DNA from: Octopus sinensis
Lineage: Eukaryota
Assembly (NCBI RefSeq): GCF_006345805.1
Contig: NC_043003.1
Span: 30,380,001-30,444,000 of the forward strand
Direction: 5' to 3'
Length of the DNA: 64,000 nucleotides
In this document: positions 37,253 through 48,747 of the stretch, piece by piece
How the letters are laid out: every line of letters begins with the position of its first letter
Numbering within the stretch: position 1 is the first letter of the stretch
The notes under the pieces: model-generated
Told to the model about the DNA's origin: nothing
The model's input: only the letters and a program-made list of their open reading frames with translations
The model's database searches: none
Translations under genes and position numbers: made by a program

Positions 37253-37453
37253 CAGTGCTTTTCAAACTTTTTGCTGGAGCGGAACCCCAAGGAAACATTC
37301 CACTGGCTCGAGGAACCCCTGTGCAATAATTTAATAGTCTTATGCACACATATCTGTACAGGAGAATTAAAAATTACTGCCGATTTTAGCAGTTTTGTAA
37401 CTCATTGCGGAACCCCTGGACTGTACTGGCGGAACCCTGGTTGAAAACCACTG
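37253..37453. mobile_element. hAT (Charlie/Buster-type) MITE, 201 bp
   Basis: TIRs CAGTGCTTTTCAA / TTGAAAACCACTG and a perfect 8-bp TSD CTCTAAGG (37245-37252 and 37454-37461) with central TA. Confidence 0.92.
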
Positions 37454-37682
37454 CTCTAAGGTTTAGGGAATTACGAGATAGATTGGTTGCGGTTGATAAG
37501 TTGTACTCGTATGAAATTAAATTACTTTGAACATACGCAATTGAAATAAATAGGACTGTTTACTTTGATAATTTTGTTTCGGATCGTAGTAGACGGAAAA
37601 GCCCTTTGCTAATGAGATCAGATGAACACAGAACTGACATGTTCACTAAATGCCCTACAATACTGGCAAGATTTCGTGTTTG

Positions 37683-37784
37683 TTTGAGTATAGAACTCTC
37701 TAGTGATTAAAGTTGTTCGAGTAAAGAACTCTTTAGTGATTAGAGGGAAGTTGTTCGAGTAAAGAACTCTTTAGTGATTAGAGG
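37683..37784. repeat. 38-bp minisatellite, 2 exact copies plus 1 degenerate partial copy
   Basis: aagttgttcgagtaaagaactctttagtgattagagg at 37710 and 37748. Confidence 0.85.
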
Positions 37785-38479
37785 TGAATTATTCCGGCAC
37801 ACTTACTGTCATTTCCATTTTATCTGAACTACGGTCTCTCCTTCCATTCAAATATTGATATATCTTTTTCTTGCGTTGTTAGTGATAAGTAATTTACTTA
37901 AGAAATTGGTCATTAACCAGAAGATAATAGAGATATATCTCTCATTATTTCATCTTATTACTATAGTGTTAAGTAAGTATTATAGATTTTGCACATTTCT
38001 TTTATACTAAATATTTTCGTTTATACACCATTCCTACTTACTTCATGATTCTGTTTTTCCTTCAATTTTTCCTTCATTTCTCATAGCTAATTCAGTTTCC
38101 CGGAAAAGTATTTTTATATTTATTCTTATTCTTTCAGCTCTCATTTTATACTTACTCTACCGTGTTTTCTTATTCCAGGTTTCATTTTGTTTAATAAATA
38201 TACACCTAACATTTGTATATTAAACAGAAATATGTTACTACAGTAAATAGTTTACAAGTCCGAGGGAGACAGTGATATTGTCTGTGAACGTTGCTCACAT
38301 ATCTATGTGAATTAGCAACAATTATGAGTGGCACGGATTCAGAACGTGCTAATGTGAAGTCCTGCAAAAATATTTCAATAAAAACTTCATTCTGTTTTTA
38401 TGAATACTATAAGATTTCTTTGAAACCCAAATAAGATAAAAGTTTAGGAAGCCTAAAGATTAATCGAAAACACGAAATG

Positions 38480-38790
38480 GAAAAAAAAATTGTGCAACGG
38501 GTGTAAAAAGAGGTGTAGAAAACATGAAAACAAAAATGCGCGGAAGGCAACGGGGGTGGAGAGAAGACTTCGGAAAATTCACAAGATCGGAGTTTTCCCT
38601 CAACTTTTAGGAAAATATTTTTTTTTAATGCGTTTTTAAAGGAGCTCAAAAGTTTCACTAACCCCCCACCCCCATTTGCCTAAACGTTATGAGGGAAAAA
38701 CTCGGACCTTATGAATTTTCCGAAGTCCTCTCCCCAGCCACTCATTGCTTTCCGCACAATTTTGTTTCCATATTCGTTTCCTACTCCACG
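38480..38790. repeat. Foldback element of the same module family as 34150-36230
   Basis: gagaagacttcggaaaattcacaagatcggag (about 38560) versus ctcggaccttatgaattttccgaagtcctctc (about 38701-38732); outer arms are aaaatgcgcggaaggcaacgggg / ctcattgctttccgcacaatttt. Confidence 0.7.
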
Positions 38791-39769
38791 CGACTTTTTA
38801 AGCGAATTGATTTGCCAAAATAAAACGATGACGAAAAATCACCACGTGATATGGTGAGAACGTGTTCGACTTACTAAGTACATATCGATATTACTAATGT
38901 CATCAAATGGAAGTAGCTGCAAGATGTACAAACTCATGATTTCTTGTTTCGTTGACGTAGGTTTCTGCCTCTTTCCTTTCGTTTATTGAATAAACGTCCA
39001 TTTTGTGTTTTAAAAAAAATCCAGACAAAGAAATTTCTCGAAAGTTTTTTGCTTCTTAATTACATTAGCCTGATTTTAGTCGCGGGATTTATAGTTTTTT
39101 TATTTGCAATATTTTCAAGCGAATAAATGTACCTCCGGTGTATTTCATATGATATTTAAAATGAAGCCAAAATTAGTGGGTTATATACAAAAATAACTTT
39201 ACTATCTTCAATGGCCGAAACGAATAAAGAATGGTTAAAAGTGTTATGATTGTTACTTTCATTTCTCTTTCCTTTTAATCTGAATATGTTACAAATCTTG
39301 CTATAATGAACATGGAAACTAATGAACGAATCTTGACAAGTCTAGGACTCAAAACGATTGATTGCCCATTTTCTCTTTGATTAAACAAATTAGAATATAT
39401 ATACCCAAAATATTATTAATATGCTTATTTAACACATACGTCTTATCAAAGGTAAGTCGAAAGGCTTCGTTGAGTGAATGGCTGCTAAGATGTGCTTGTG
39501 GTGCCCTTTGTATCTTGTTTTAGCAACCATTTATGTACATTTTATTATTGTGTGCATCAAAGTTCAGTAATCTGGGACACATAATCACATATCTAATTTG
39601 TCGAATCATTGAAAAATAGACTAAGGCAGATCATGGCTTGTCGCTACTAGCTTACAGACTGGGACTTGTTCAACCCCATTTGGGTCATACGGAAAAGAGG
39701 TCCGTCTTGTGTGTTAACAGAATCAAGACATCTTAAATTCACATGAATGTCACTGACTTTGTTATAGTC

Positions 39770-39975
39770 ATATATATATATATAACGGGAAGCTTTATGA
39801 AAATAAACAAAAGACGAAGGCAGGTGGAATACAAACAAACAATTGTATTAGTATGGCGCTCAGGAATATAAATAAAACAAGTCTTTTACGTTTCGAGCCT
39901 ACGCTCTTCAACAGAAAGATACACAAAAGAAACACGGAGAGAAAAAAAAATGCGTGCAGAAGCTAGCGAGGCGAT
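39770..39975. mobile_element. Penelope-like terminal repeat fragment
   Basis: gtcttttacgtttcgagcctacgctcttcaacag resembles the gaagag..cgaaacg motif recalled for PLE termini. Assignment from memory only. Confidence 0.4.
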
Positions 39976-39990
39976 ATATATATATATATA

Positions 39991-40360
39991 TCTCTATATA
40001 TAAACGGCAGTTTCTCTGTGTGTGTTTCTGTGTGTCTGTTAGGTTGTACCCTCACCCTGACCATGGCTTTCAACCGATTCTGATGAAACTTGACACACAC
40101 ATAGCCCAATGTCATAATTCAAAACTAACGCAGCGAAAATTTTGAAAAGTTCCCCCAGTTCTGAAAAAAATCGATAAATTCGACATGGGGTCGAGAATCA
40201 GAAACACAAACCACAGACTGTCTAGGGGACGCAACTCGACCTTTTTAACTAAAAAAAAATTTACCATCATTTTTTTTTCCATTTTTTGGCTATAACTCTC
40301 TAAAAATGCTTTATAGTTATTTCTCTTACAAACCCGAGCAACGCCGGGCAATACTGCTAG
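39991..40360 (+). mobile_element. Non-autonomous Helitron
   Basis: 5' TC (tctctatatataaa), 3' hairpin cccgagcaacgccggg (40333-40348) then CTAG (40357-40360); inserted between A and T with no TSD. Confidence 0.85.
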
Positions 40361-40394
40361 TATATATATATATGTCTAGCATAAGACTGATGTT

Positions 40395-40745
40395 TTCATT
40401 ATCATTGTTTTAATGTCCACTTTTCAATGCCCGCATGGATCAGACAACATTTGTCGATGTGGATTTTCTATGGCTGGATGCCCTTCCTGTTAGCAACTTG
40501 TTTTCATGGAAGATTGGAACAAAGGACAACCTTTGTATGACAGTGATGCCCGTTTACAACTGTTGTGCAATGTCAACACAGACACTAACACATACATGCA
40601 CATCTATTTATACAATGGGCTTCTTTCAGTTTCAATGTACCAAATCCACTCATAATGCGTTTTTTGGCTTATGGCTTTAGTACAAGGCACTTGCCACACA
40701 AGTAAGACTGAAACTGGAACCATGTATGTGGGAAGCGAACTCTAT
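40395..40745 (-). mobile_element. Composite SINE family D in the putative ZNF3 5'-UTR intron
   Basis: Tail catcattgttttaatgtccac plus head ttctttcagtttc..ccaaatccactca..gaaccatgt. Confidence 0.65.
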
Positions 40746-41179
40746 GCCTAATCAAACTTTGGGCCAAACAAAGTGATCTAGTTAACATGTTAGATAAGAT
40801 GATGGGTTGGCAGAAACATAAGAGCATCTGACTAGATGCCTTGTGCTATTTGTTTCAGCCCTTTACTTCCTGTATTTAAATCTTCCTGAGGACAATGTAA
40901 TTGACTGTTCTCCCTCCTACAAATATCTGGCCTTGTGTCTATGCTAGATACAATTGTTGTATAAGTATTTCTATATGCTTGCATCAGGTGAAAAAATATT
41001 TTTAGGATGTTCTAGTAATGTTTTGCAGTGTTGGGTGTAGTGACCAGATCCACAGTCCTTATGATCCATTCCTACCTCATCTCTCTAACACAATGTCTAT
41101 GTTTTAGCTCTTCCTTGCTACTGTAACTTTTAATATCTGTTCTTAAATATGTTTTCTCCCATAATCTTTATAAGCTTTG

Positions 41180-41223
41180 TTACTTATCTTTTTATTTCAG
41201 GTTATCTAATGACGTTGAGATGA
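41180..41223 (+). promoter_or_regulatory. Conserved splice acceptor (exon starts 41201) and uORF MTLR* (41209-41223)
   Basis: tttttatttcag|gttatcta ATG ACG TTG AGA TGA. Candidate upstream donor aaag|gtaagt at 39452. Confidence 0.65.
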
Positions 41224-41576
41224 AAATATTTCACAAGGATCAAGATATCAAACTTTAGAGCTTGAAAATAATTTCAACAAATTATTTTTGCATCTCCTGG
41301 TTGATGTGATGTGAACTGAATTAAACTGATATTCCCTTGAAATTTTTACCATTGCTAGAAGGTTTTTCTGTACAAATTCATCTTAGATTTACAATGAAGC
41401 TTTAACAGTTATATGTATGTATGTAACTATTAATCGATGTTTAATCATCTTTTAGCTGCTACTTATTTAGAAGGGTCTTTCCTTAGAAATACATTTGAAT
41501 TGCATCCCTACCAGCCAAGATATCATAGTTTTATAAAAACCAGCAGACAGGAAAATATATATTAAGGGAGAAAGCT

Positions 41577-42236
41577 ATGGATTGGCAAGTAGGATCAAAA
41601 CATAATGATGTGTCTACTGATACACAGGAAGATATAGGAGAGGATTTACACTCTTGTGATGTATGTGAGAAGTTATTCACAAAAAAAGATCTACGTCAGC
41701 ATAAATTGACTCATTCACCCCCCATATTATACCAGTGTGAAGTGTGTAATGAAAAATTCTCTAGTGTCAGTGTGTTAGCTGAACACAAAGAAATCCATGC
41801 AGGAGGAAAAAATTTTCAATGTTATATTTGCGATGGCATATTTTCCACAATAACAGATTTATCTTCTCACAAATGTACCAACACAAGAGAAAGGCCATAC
41901 AACTGTGATATTTGTGGCAAAACATTTTCTAGAAGTGGTCATTTGCAAGCTCACAAACGAATCCACATCCATGGAAGACCATACAAATGTGATATATGTG
42001 GTGCAAAATTTTCTAGAGGTGGTAATTTGACTGCACACAAAAATCTTCATAGAGGATCAATAACATATGACTGTGAAGAATGTGGAAGACAATTCAATCA
42101 AATCTGTCATTTGTCTCGACACAAACGTGTTCACTCTGGGGAAAAGCCATTCCAGTGTGATATCTGTAAAGAAAGATTTTCCAGAAGTGATGGTTTAACT
42201 CAACACAAACGCACCCACAGAAAAAAGAAAAAATAG
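41577..42236 (+). CDS. Poly-C2H2 zinc-finger protein ZNF3, 219 aa, 7 fingers (one ends HKCTN)
   Basis: Intact ORF; start context aaagctATGGAT; shares the QHKLTHS first finger with its paralogs; ends HRKKKK-TAG. Confidence 0.9.
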   Translation: MDWQVGSKHNDVSTDTQEDIGEDLHSCDVCEKLFTKKDLRQHKLTHSPPILYQCEVCNEKFSSVSVLAEHKEIHAGGKNFQCYICDGIFSTITDLSSHKCTNTRERPYNCDICGKTFSRSGHLQAHKRIHIHGRPYKCDICGAKFSRGGNLTAHKNLHRGSITYDCEECGRQFNQICHLSRHKRVHSGEKPFQCDICKERFSRSDGLTQHKRTHRKKKK

Positions 42237-42699
42237 CCTTGTGATATCTATGGCAGAATATTTTTATGTAACAGTGTATTTTTAATAAACTAATTTCCTC
42301 ATTTTATATCAGTGTTGTATATTTTATTACATTATTATTATCAGGGGATAGTCTGAGGCTCCTTTGTGTCTTTTATATGCACTGAATCATTTAATAGATG
42401 GTACAAGAGTACCATCTATTAAACGCCTTTAGCATTTAAACTGGTTATATCCAGCCAGCCCCAAATATTAAAAGTGGCCAGATCTGGTCTCTCATACCTA
42501 CTTGACAGTGTCATTCAAATCATAAACAATGACATCATTGAAATCTCAAAGCTACAAAATGATACAGGATTAATTCAAAAGGATTAAACATTCTGACTCT
42601 AATCAGCTTTTTGATTTTTGATTCATAACAATTCTTTCAAATTCAGAATGGTTTCTACAACTCTTAGGGCTACTGTCTTTTGTAGCCACAGACCAATTA

Positions 42700-42970
42700 A
42701 AGCTTTGTAAGTAGACGAAAACCAAATGAAGTCTGTTGCATGTGTTTGTGCCTAACTGTCTTGATATTATGCAATACAAGTAGTGACATTTATTTTCAAT
42801 CTTCCTTGAAAATATCCAGTCATGGGGAAGTTTGCTTGGAAACAGGATGGACATTATCTAAGACTGGACAGAGTTACACTAATATCTATAAGAATGATTT
42901 TAGATTAGTGAGAATGGTTATATATGATAGCCAACATCCATTGAACAGATGATATATATGTATACCAATG
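42700..42970 (+). mobile_element. Possible very old L2/Daphne-type LINE C-terminal fragment
   Basis: NIYKNDFRLVRMVIYDSQHPLNR*YICIP resembles the RxAxxIxxDxxHPLxxxYxxLP motif. Confidence 0.35.
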
Positions 42971-43889
42971 TAGTTAAGTAACATGGATGAAATTAACTAT
43001 GATACACAAGTAGCCTCTCTGGTAAGATTAGTAGGAAGGATTGGTCATCCAGCCTGGTCTGTTGTTAACATTATGGAGAGCGTGTAATGACATTAAGTCA
43101 CATCTAAGTTAGTGTGACTGGCATGTTGTAAAGATGATGTATGGCAGCATGTCATCCAGCCTAATGTTACTGTTAGCATATTCTTGTAGGAATGGTGTGA
43201 CAGCAAGTCACATACTTCCTGCCATCTTCTATTGCAGTACTCTTTAATCTATTTTTGTGGGGTGAACATTGGAATTTGTGACTGGCTATATTTGAGGAAC
43301 TTTTGTGTTCCTGGCCATTTTTAAAGTGACTGGGAATGGGGGAGGGGATATGTCATGATAATGTTTGAAATTAATCTGATAAAGGATATAAGAGATTGTT
43401 ATTCGTGACTGCTCATCTCAGGTTTTGGTTATAATATTAGGAATATCAGGAGTAAGGCTTGAAGATCTACACTATATGAAGATGAATTTGTAGGTGATCT
43501 ATAATTTGACATTACATGTGTAATAGGTTCAATATTGACTGGGTAATTAAGCTATGTATGGGGAGGTTACCATTGATATTGTCCCAATAAGGCCACTTGA
43601 TATTGTGAATAATGCAAGAAAAATTAGCCTCATTATTGCCATTTGCTTACAAAGTGTTGTTTCATCATCATCAATGTCCACTTCTCCATGCTCACTTGAA
43701 TTACATGTAATTTGTTAAGGCAGATTCTGTATATCAGGTGACTTTCCCTGTTTTGTGAGTAAGGTAACATATCTGCATGGCCAGACGTATTTTCATGGAG
43801 GAATGGAAATGGACACCACTTTTATGACTGATGCTTGTTTACAACTATTACATAGTGTCTAAACAAAGAATCTAACACACACCCATGTA

Positions 43890-43941
<52 letters not shown>

Positions 43942-43958
43942 ATACATATACATATATA
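43890..43958. repeat. (TA)n microsatellite
   Basis: Read directly from the sequence. Confidence 0.95.
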
Positions 43959-44320
43959 CAGGGTGCAATGGATAAATTGTCATTTAAATTATGCAAAAAT
44001 GAAAATAAAAGTGGCATCTGATTTTAACATATATTTTCCAAAATTAAATTGAAATGTTAAAGAGTAAATTTATTTAATAAAACTGCCATTGGCTTCAACC
44101 ATGTTCTTTAGACGACTTTGGAATCTTCTGCAACTCTTCTGGATGGTCTTTTTAAGTTGGTGAATGCTACCATAGTTCTTGCCTTCAGTTCATCTTTGGT
44201 GTTACAAAGAATTTTGTTGGTCTCTTGCTCAACTGCGCCCCACACAATAATTAAGGGGAATGCAGTCTGGGAAGTTAAGTGGACAGATATTAGGGATGAT
44301 GTGGCCGCAGAAATTGTGCC
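43959..44320 (-). mobile_element. DD37D-type Tc1/mariner 3' fragment with one TIR
   Basis: ta|CAGGGTGCAATGGATAAATTGTCATTTAAATT terminus; the minus strand encodes HIIPNICPLNFPDCIPL..WGAVEQETNK..KDELKARTMVAFTNL. Same family as 59683-60454. Confidence 0.75.
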
Positions 44321-44884
44321 TGTGTTCGTCTCCCCTCACCCAATCCCTTGTAGGTGTGTTCAGGTTCTCGTAAGCTAGTGGTTCAGCAAAAGACTCTGAT
44401 AGGTTAAGTACCAGGCTTAAAAAAAAGTTATGGAGTCGATTCATTCGACTAACAATTCAAGGCATAGCCACAGGCTAATGATTGAAGCAAAAGACAAAAA
44501 AGTTATAGATTTATGCATCTAAATAGAACACTGAAATCACTCAATGTCCACAGTTACTGCTGCCAGCTATTAGATCATTGAACAATATTATATTATCTGC
44601 TGCTCTAGGAACAAGGCCCGAAATTTTGGTGGAGGGGCCAGTTGATTGGATCGACCCCAGTACGCAATTGGTACTTAATTTATCGACCCCGAAATGATGA
44701 AAAGCAAAGTCAACCTTGGCGGAATTTGATCTCAGAACGTAAAGACAGACGAAGCAGTTCACCCGGTGTAACTAAATGAAGCCTTATTCTATGCACAGGC
44801 AATAAGTTGGCAGGATTGTTAGAGCGTTAAAAAACTGCTTTGCAATTTTCGTTCCTCCGGTTCGGTAAAAACAAAATACTAATA

Positions 44885-45243
44885 GGCGCAGGCTTGGCTG
44901 TGTGCTAAGAAGATTGCTTCCCAACCACACAATTTCGGGTTTTGTCCCATTGCGTGGCACCATGACACCTTGGAAAAGTGTCTTCTGCTAAAGCCCCGGG
45001 CCGACCAAAGCCTTGCGAGTGAATTTTGTTGGCGGAAACTGAAAGAAGCCCGTCATATGTGTGTGTGTCCATCACCAACGCTTGACAACCGATGGTGGTA
45101 TTTATGTCCTCATAACTTAGCAAAAGAGACCGATAGAATAAGTACCAGGCTTTAAATAAAATAAGTACTGGGATCGATACATTGGACAGAAAATTCTTCA
45201 AGGAGGTGCCCCAGCAGGCTAATGACTGAAACAAGTAAAAGAT
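44885..45243 (+). mobile_element. Full-length tRNA-derived SINE family A
   Basis: A-box-like tggctgtgtgcta, B-box-like gggttttgtccc, core accttggaaaagtgtcttct..gccgaccaaagccttg, 3' end aatgactgaaacaagtaaaag. Confidence 0.85.
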
Positions 45244-45899
45244 TCAAGTATCGTGGGATATTGTAGTTGGATGGAAAGATATAGATCGTTACTATTTGAG
45301 TTCTGGCTGTGTGTGGAAAAGTAACAAAATTTCTTGTACAAAAGAAGGAGGCAATAAATCTATGGATTGCTGCATTAGAACATTTAATTTTCCTTGAATT
45401 ACAAAGCTTAATTATTTTAATATTAAGTATGAAAATTGGTTGTATGAAATTGGATAGTCTTTACAGAAAAAAATAGAAATATAATAACAGAAGAAAAGAA
45501 TACGACACAGCAACGACATGACTGGCTCAAAACGGAGAATGGCTAAAAGAAATCTCTGGGTTTGCGAGCTGCTTCTATAAGGAGAACGCTGGAGTTTTCC
45601 AGTAGCTCAAAATCTAGAAGCGTCCAAACGCGCACGCGATAATTGGTTACAATGAAGGGAGCTCACTCACTGTAATTTCCTGCGAAGGGAGTTAATTCTA
45701 CGATTTACTTCAGCGTCGATTAGCCCTCTCCTTTAAAAGTGCTACGGTTGCGCCAAAATTTGGGACTTAAAATAATGTGTATTAAACGAATGTGAAAACA
45801 GAAATTTATGCCAACGAATCGAGTGGTGGGGAGAGGACTTTCGGAAAATTCACAAGATCCGATTTTCCCCCTCATAACTTAGAGGGAAATGGATATCTT

Positions 45900-46010
45900 T
45901 TATGTACTAGTCGCGTTGATTGGACCCGGTTTGCGCACACGCGCAAGCCAGTCGTAGGTAGTCGATCCTACAGCGACATGCGTATGCAAATGAGCTGATT
46001 GGCGCAACAT
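45900..46010. promoter_or_regulatory. CpG-rich candidate promoter/enhancer motif cluster
   Basis: GATTGG (reverse CCAAT) at 45918 and 45997, NRF1-like TGCGCACACGCGCA at 45932-45945, octamer ATGCAAAT at 45984-45991. Confidence 0.4.
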
Positions 46011-46819
46011 TGCAAAAACTAAGTTAATAGCGAGCCCCTACTGAAGCTTAGGAAATATTTTTCAACGATATTCGGTGTATATTATTTTAAAGACAATTGC
46101 GTTTTTTTTTTATTACAAAACAATTAGAAGCATTGAAAAAAAAAGCAAAACAACCTTAAGGACAGTCAAACATTTTTTTTTTCAAAGTAGACCACTACAG
46201 GCGACAATTCACCTGTGTTTACTCTGAATAGCTCCGGCAAACTTTGTTAACCATTCAGCTATGTTCCTTCTCTTTCAACTGGAATTTAACCCCTGACCAG
46301 CCCTAAATTATTAGACATTTTGGTCGTGGCCATCCCGCTTTGTTGTAAATCCAATACTGCATTGTTCAGTTTGACTTTTTAAAAAATTCGGCTGCTATTT
46401 CTAACAGCTCGGTGGAAGATATCTCTTGACCGAAGTTGTACAAGGTCTGTGTTTGCTCCTTGTTTTCAGTTTCTCCAAAGACCCAACTAAACTCTCGTTT
46501 TTAACTTCAGCTGAACAGTTCCCAGTCCCAAGACTGCCCTGGTCGTGCAGACCTGATCAAAGGAGTTTATTTTTAACCAGACGTAAAGTAACCCTTTACT
46601 TCATAGAAATGTTTTATTTCTACGTGGGGGAAATTTGGTTACTATAAGTTTACATTGAAGAGACTTGGTCGTTGACAGGAGCCTCATAAGTTAACGCAGT
46701 GAACCATTTCATACGACGCAACTAAATTCTGACCCCAAGTTGTTGGCTTGTCACCAGTAACCGATTTTCCTGTTGAAGCCTACAGTAAAATGACCTTGTT
46801 GGGGAGGGGTTAAGCCAAT

Positions 46820-47366
46820 TTAAAAAAAATTTTTTTTGAATCTTCATGCTGCAGTTTAGTACTTCTGGAAGTACACCGGTACTTGTACCGTAACATCGCC
46901 CGAAGTTGTTTCACTTTTTCCAATAAAAACGTTTTTAAAAAGTTACAGAGGTTTAAAATTTGATAATTTTCATCCTATCAGGAAAGAGGATTTGCAAGCT
47001 GTCATTTTGTGCGTGACAGCTCGTCTTATCAACTGTAAACAGAGCAAATAAATTGGGTGGGTTGATGGGGATGGTAATCAAAATTAAAAAAAAATTTTTT
47101 TTGAATCTTCATGCTGCAGTTTAGTACTTCTGGAAGTACACCGGTACTTGTACCGTAACATCGCCCGAAGTTGTTTCACTTTTTCCAATAAAAACGTTTT
47201 TAAAAAGTTACAGAGGTTTAAAATTTGATAATTTTCATCCTATCAGGAAAGAGGATTTGCAAGCTGTCATTTTGTGCGTGACAGCTCGTCTTATCAACTG
47301 TAAACAGAGCAAATAAATTGGGTGGGTTGATGGGGATGGTAATCAAAATTAAAAAAAAATTTTTTT
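46820..47366. repeat. Tandem duplication, 265-bp period, two apparently identical copies
   Basis: gaatcttcatgc at 46838 and 47103; gggtgggttgatgggg at 47055 and 47320; the junctions lie in A8-9/T7-8 tracts. Confidence 0.9.
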
Positions 47367-47444
47367 GCGAAATTGTTATCTCCGATGGCAAGACTTCCTT
47401 ATGTCAACACCCACCCCAATCCCCCCTTTTTAATTTTTTTTTTC

Positions 47445-47800
47445 TACACAAACCCCCGTTTTCGGCTACGGAGAATACCAATCTGTCAAAAATCGGCATT
47501 TCGAAATTACACCCCACCTAAATTCTTCAGTTTTCAGAAATTTTCTTCTGAAAAAAATTTCCTAAAATATTTGTAAAATTTTTTTTTCACTTTTTTTTTT
47601 TTTTTGTCAAAATATGCGAAAAAATACGAAGATTATGATTCTGAAACAAATTTCCAAAAATTTTTCTACTTCGGGTTAGTGGGTTAGGGCTACGGAAAAA
47701 AGTGAAAAACGAAGAAATTGGGGTGGGAGACAAAAAATTTCAAAATTCCGATTGTTTGCGATTTTCAGGAATCTCCGTATCCGAAAACGTGGGTTTTTGG
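47445..47800. repeat. Foldback element with ~90-bp imperfect inverted arms
   Basis: aaacccccgttttcggctacggaga..caccccacctaaattcttcagttttc versus gaaaaacgaagaaattggggtggg..tctccgtatccgaaaacgtgggttttt. Confidence 0.7.
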
Positions 47801-47802
47801 GA

Positions 47803-47834
<32 letters not shown>

Positions 47835-47868
47835 TGATGATGATGACGATGACGACGACGACGGCGGC
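47803..47868. repeat. Compound microsatellite (AAT)10(GAT)4 GAC GAT (GAC)4(GGC)2
   Basis: Read directly from the sequence. Confidence 0.95.
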
Positions 47869-48747
47869 TAATGGCCTCTGGCTTAAAATCTGAAACAGAA
47901 GGGTTTATCATAGCAGCTCAAGATCAATGCCTACCAACAAGAAACTACCAGGCCAACATATTAAAGAACGGCAGTAGCCCAACATGTCGTGTATGTCGAC
48001 AACAAAATGAAACCATTGATCATGTTGTCTCCAAGTGCAGTCTTCTAGCGCCTATAGAGTACCTCAACAAGCATGATAGAGCTGCATGATATATTCACTG
48101 GGTAATTTGCAAAAACCTGGATTTGCCCCAGGAAAAAAACTGGTGGGAACACAATCCACCTCCATTGCTTGAAAATGACCACATCTCACTCCTCTGGAAC
48201 TTCACCATTCAAACTGACAGAAAGATAGATGCAAACAGGCCAGACATCATATTGAAAGACTTCAGACAAAGAACATGTCTCCTCATTGATATGACTGTCC
48301 CAATCGATATAAACGTATCTGTCAAGACCTACCAGAAACTGAGCAAATATAAAGATCTTGAAATAGAAATCAGCAAAATGTGGAACCTGAAGACTAAAAC
48401 AATACCTGTTGTCATAGGTGCCCTGGGAATGACAGCGAAAGGGGCTGGTTACTACCTAACTAAGATACCAGGAAACCCCAAAATGGCAGAAATTCAAAAG
48501 ATAGTGCTCATGGGAACTGCTCATATCCTACGCAAAATACTCTCTATGTAATCTAAAGGTTTAAAACAAACTTTTTAAAAAAAATTTATTTATTAGACAT
48601 TCACTAGTACAACACCAAAAAAACCCCAAATATATGGCACACTAGGCATAACAACAACGTGAACTTCCAACCTGTTGTCTCTTGAGGTCTCTGGGTGAGA
48701 CTTGGAGCCAACTTGTACAAACATAGAATAATGATAATAATAGTAAT
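47865..48747 (+). mobile_element. 5'-truncated R4/Dong-clade non-LTR retrotransposon (CCHC knuckle plus restriction-like endonuclease)
   Basis: ETEGFIIAAQDQ, CRVCRQQNETIDHVVSKC, RHD-like KHD, LWNFTIQTDRKIDANRPDII, IDMTVP, KLSKYKDL, PVVIGALG; one in-frame TGA at 48087; stop at 48549-48551; 3' UTR ends in TAA-type repeats. Confidence 0.9.

Noticed and set aside
44885-44960. tRNA gene candidates at SINE heads (also 62286-62355, 54800-54888)
   Set aside because: A/B-box-like motifs run straight into SINE body sequence and I could not fold a cloverleaf.
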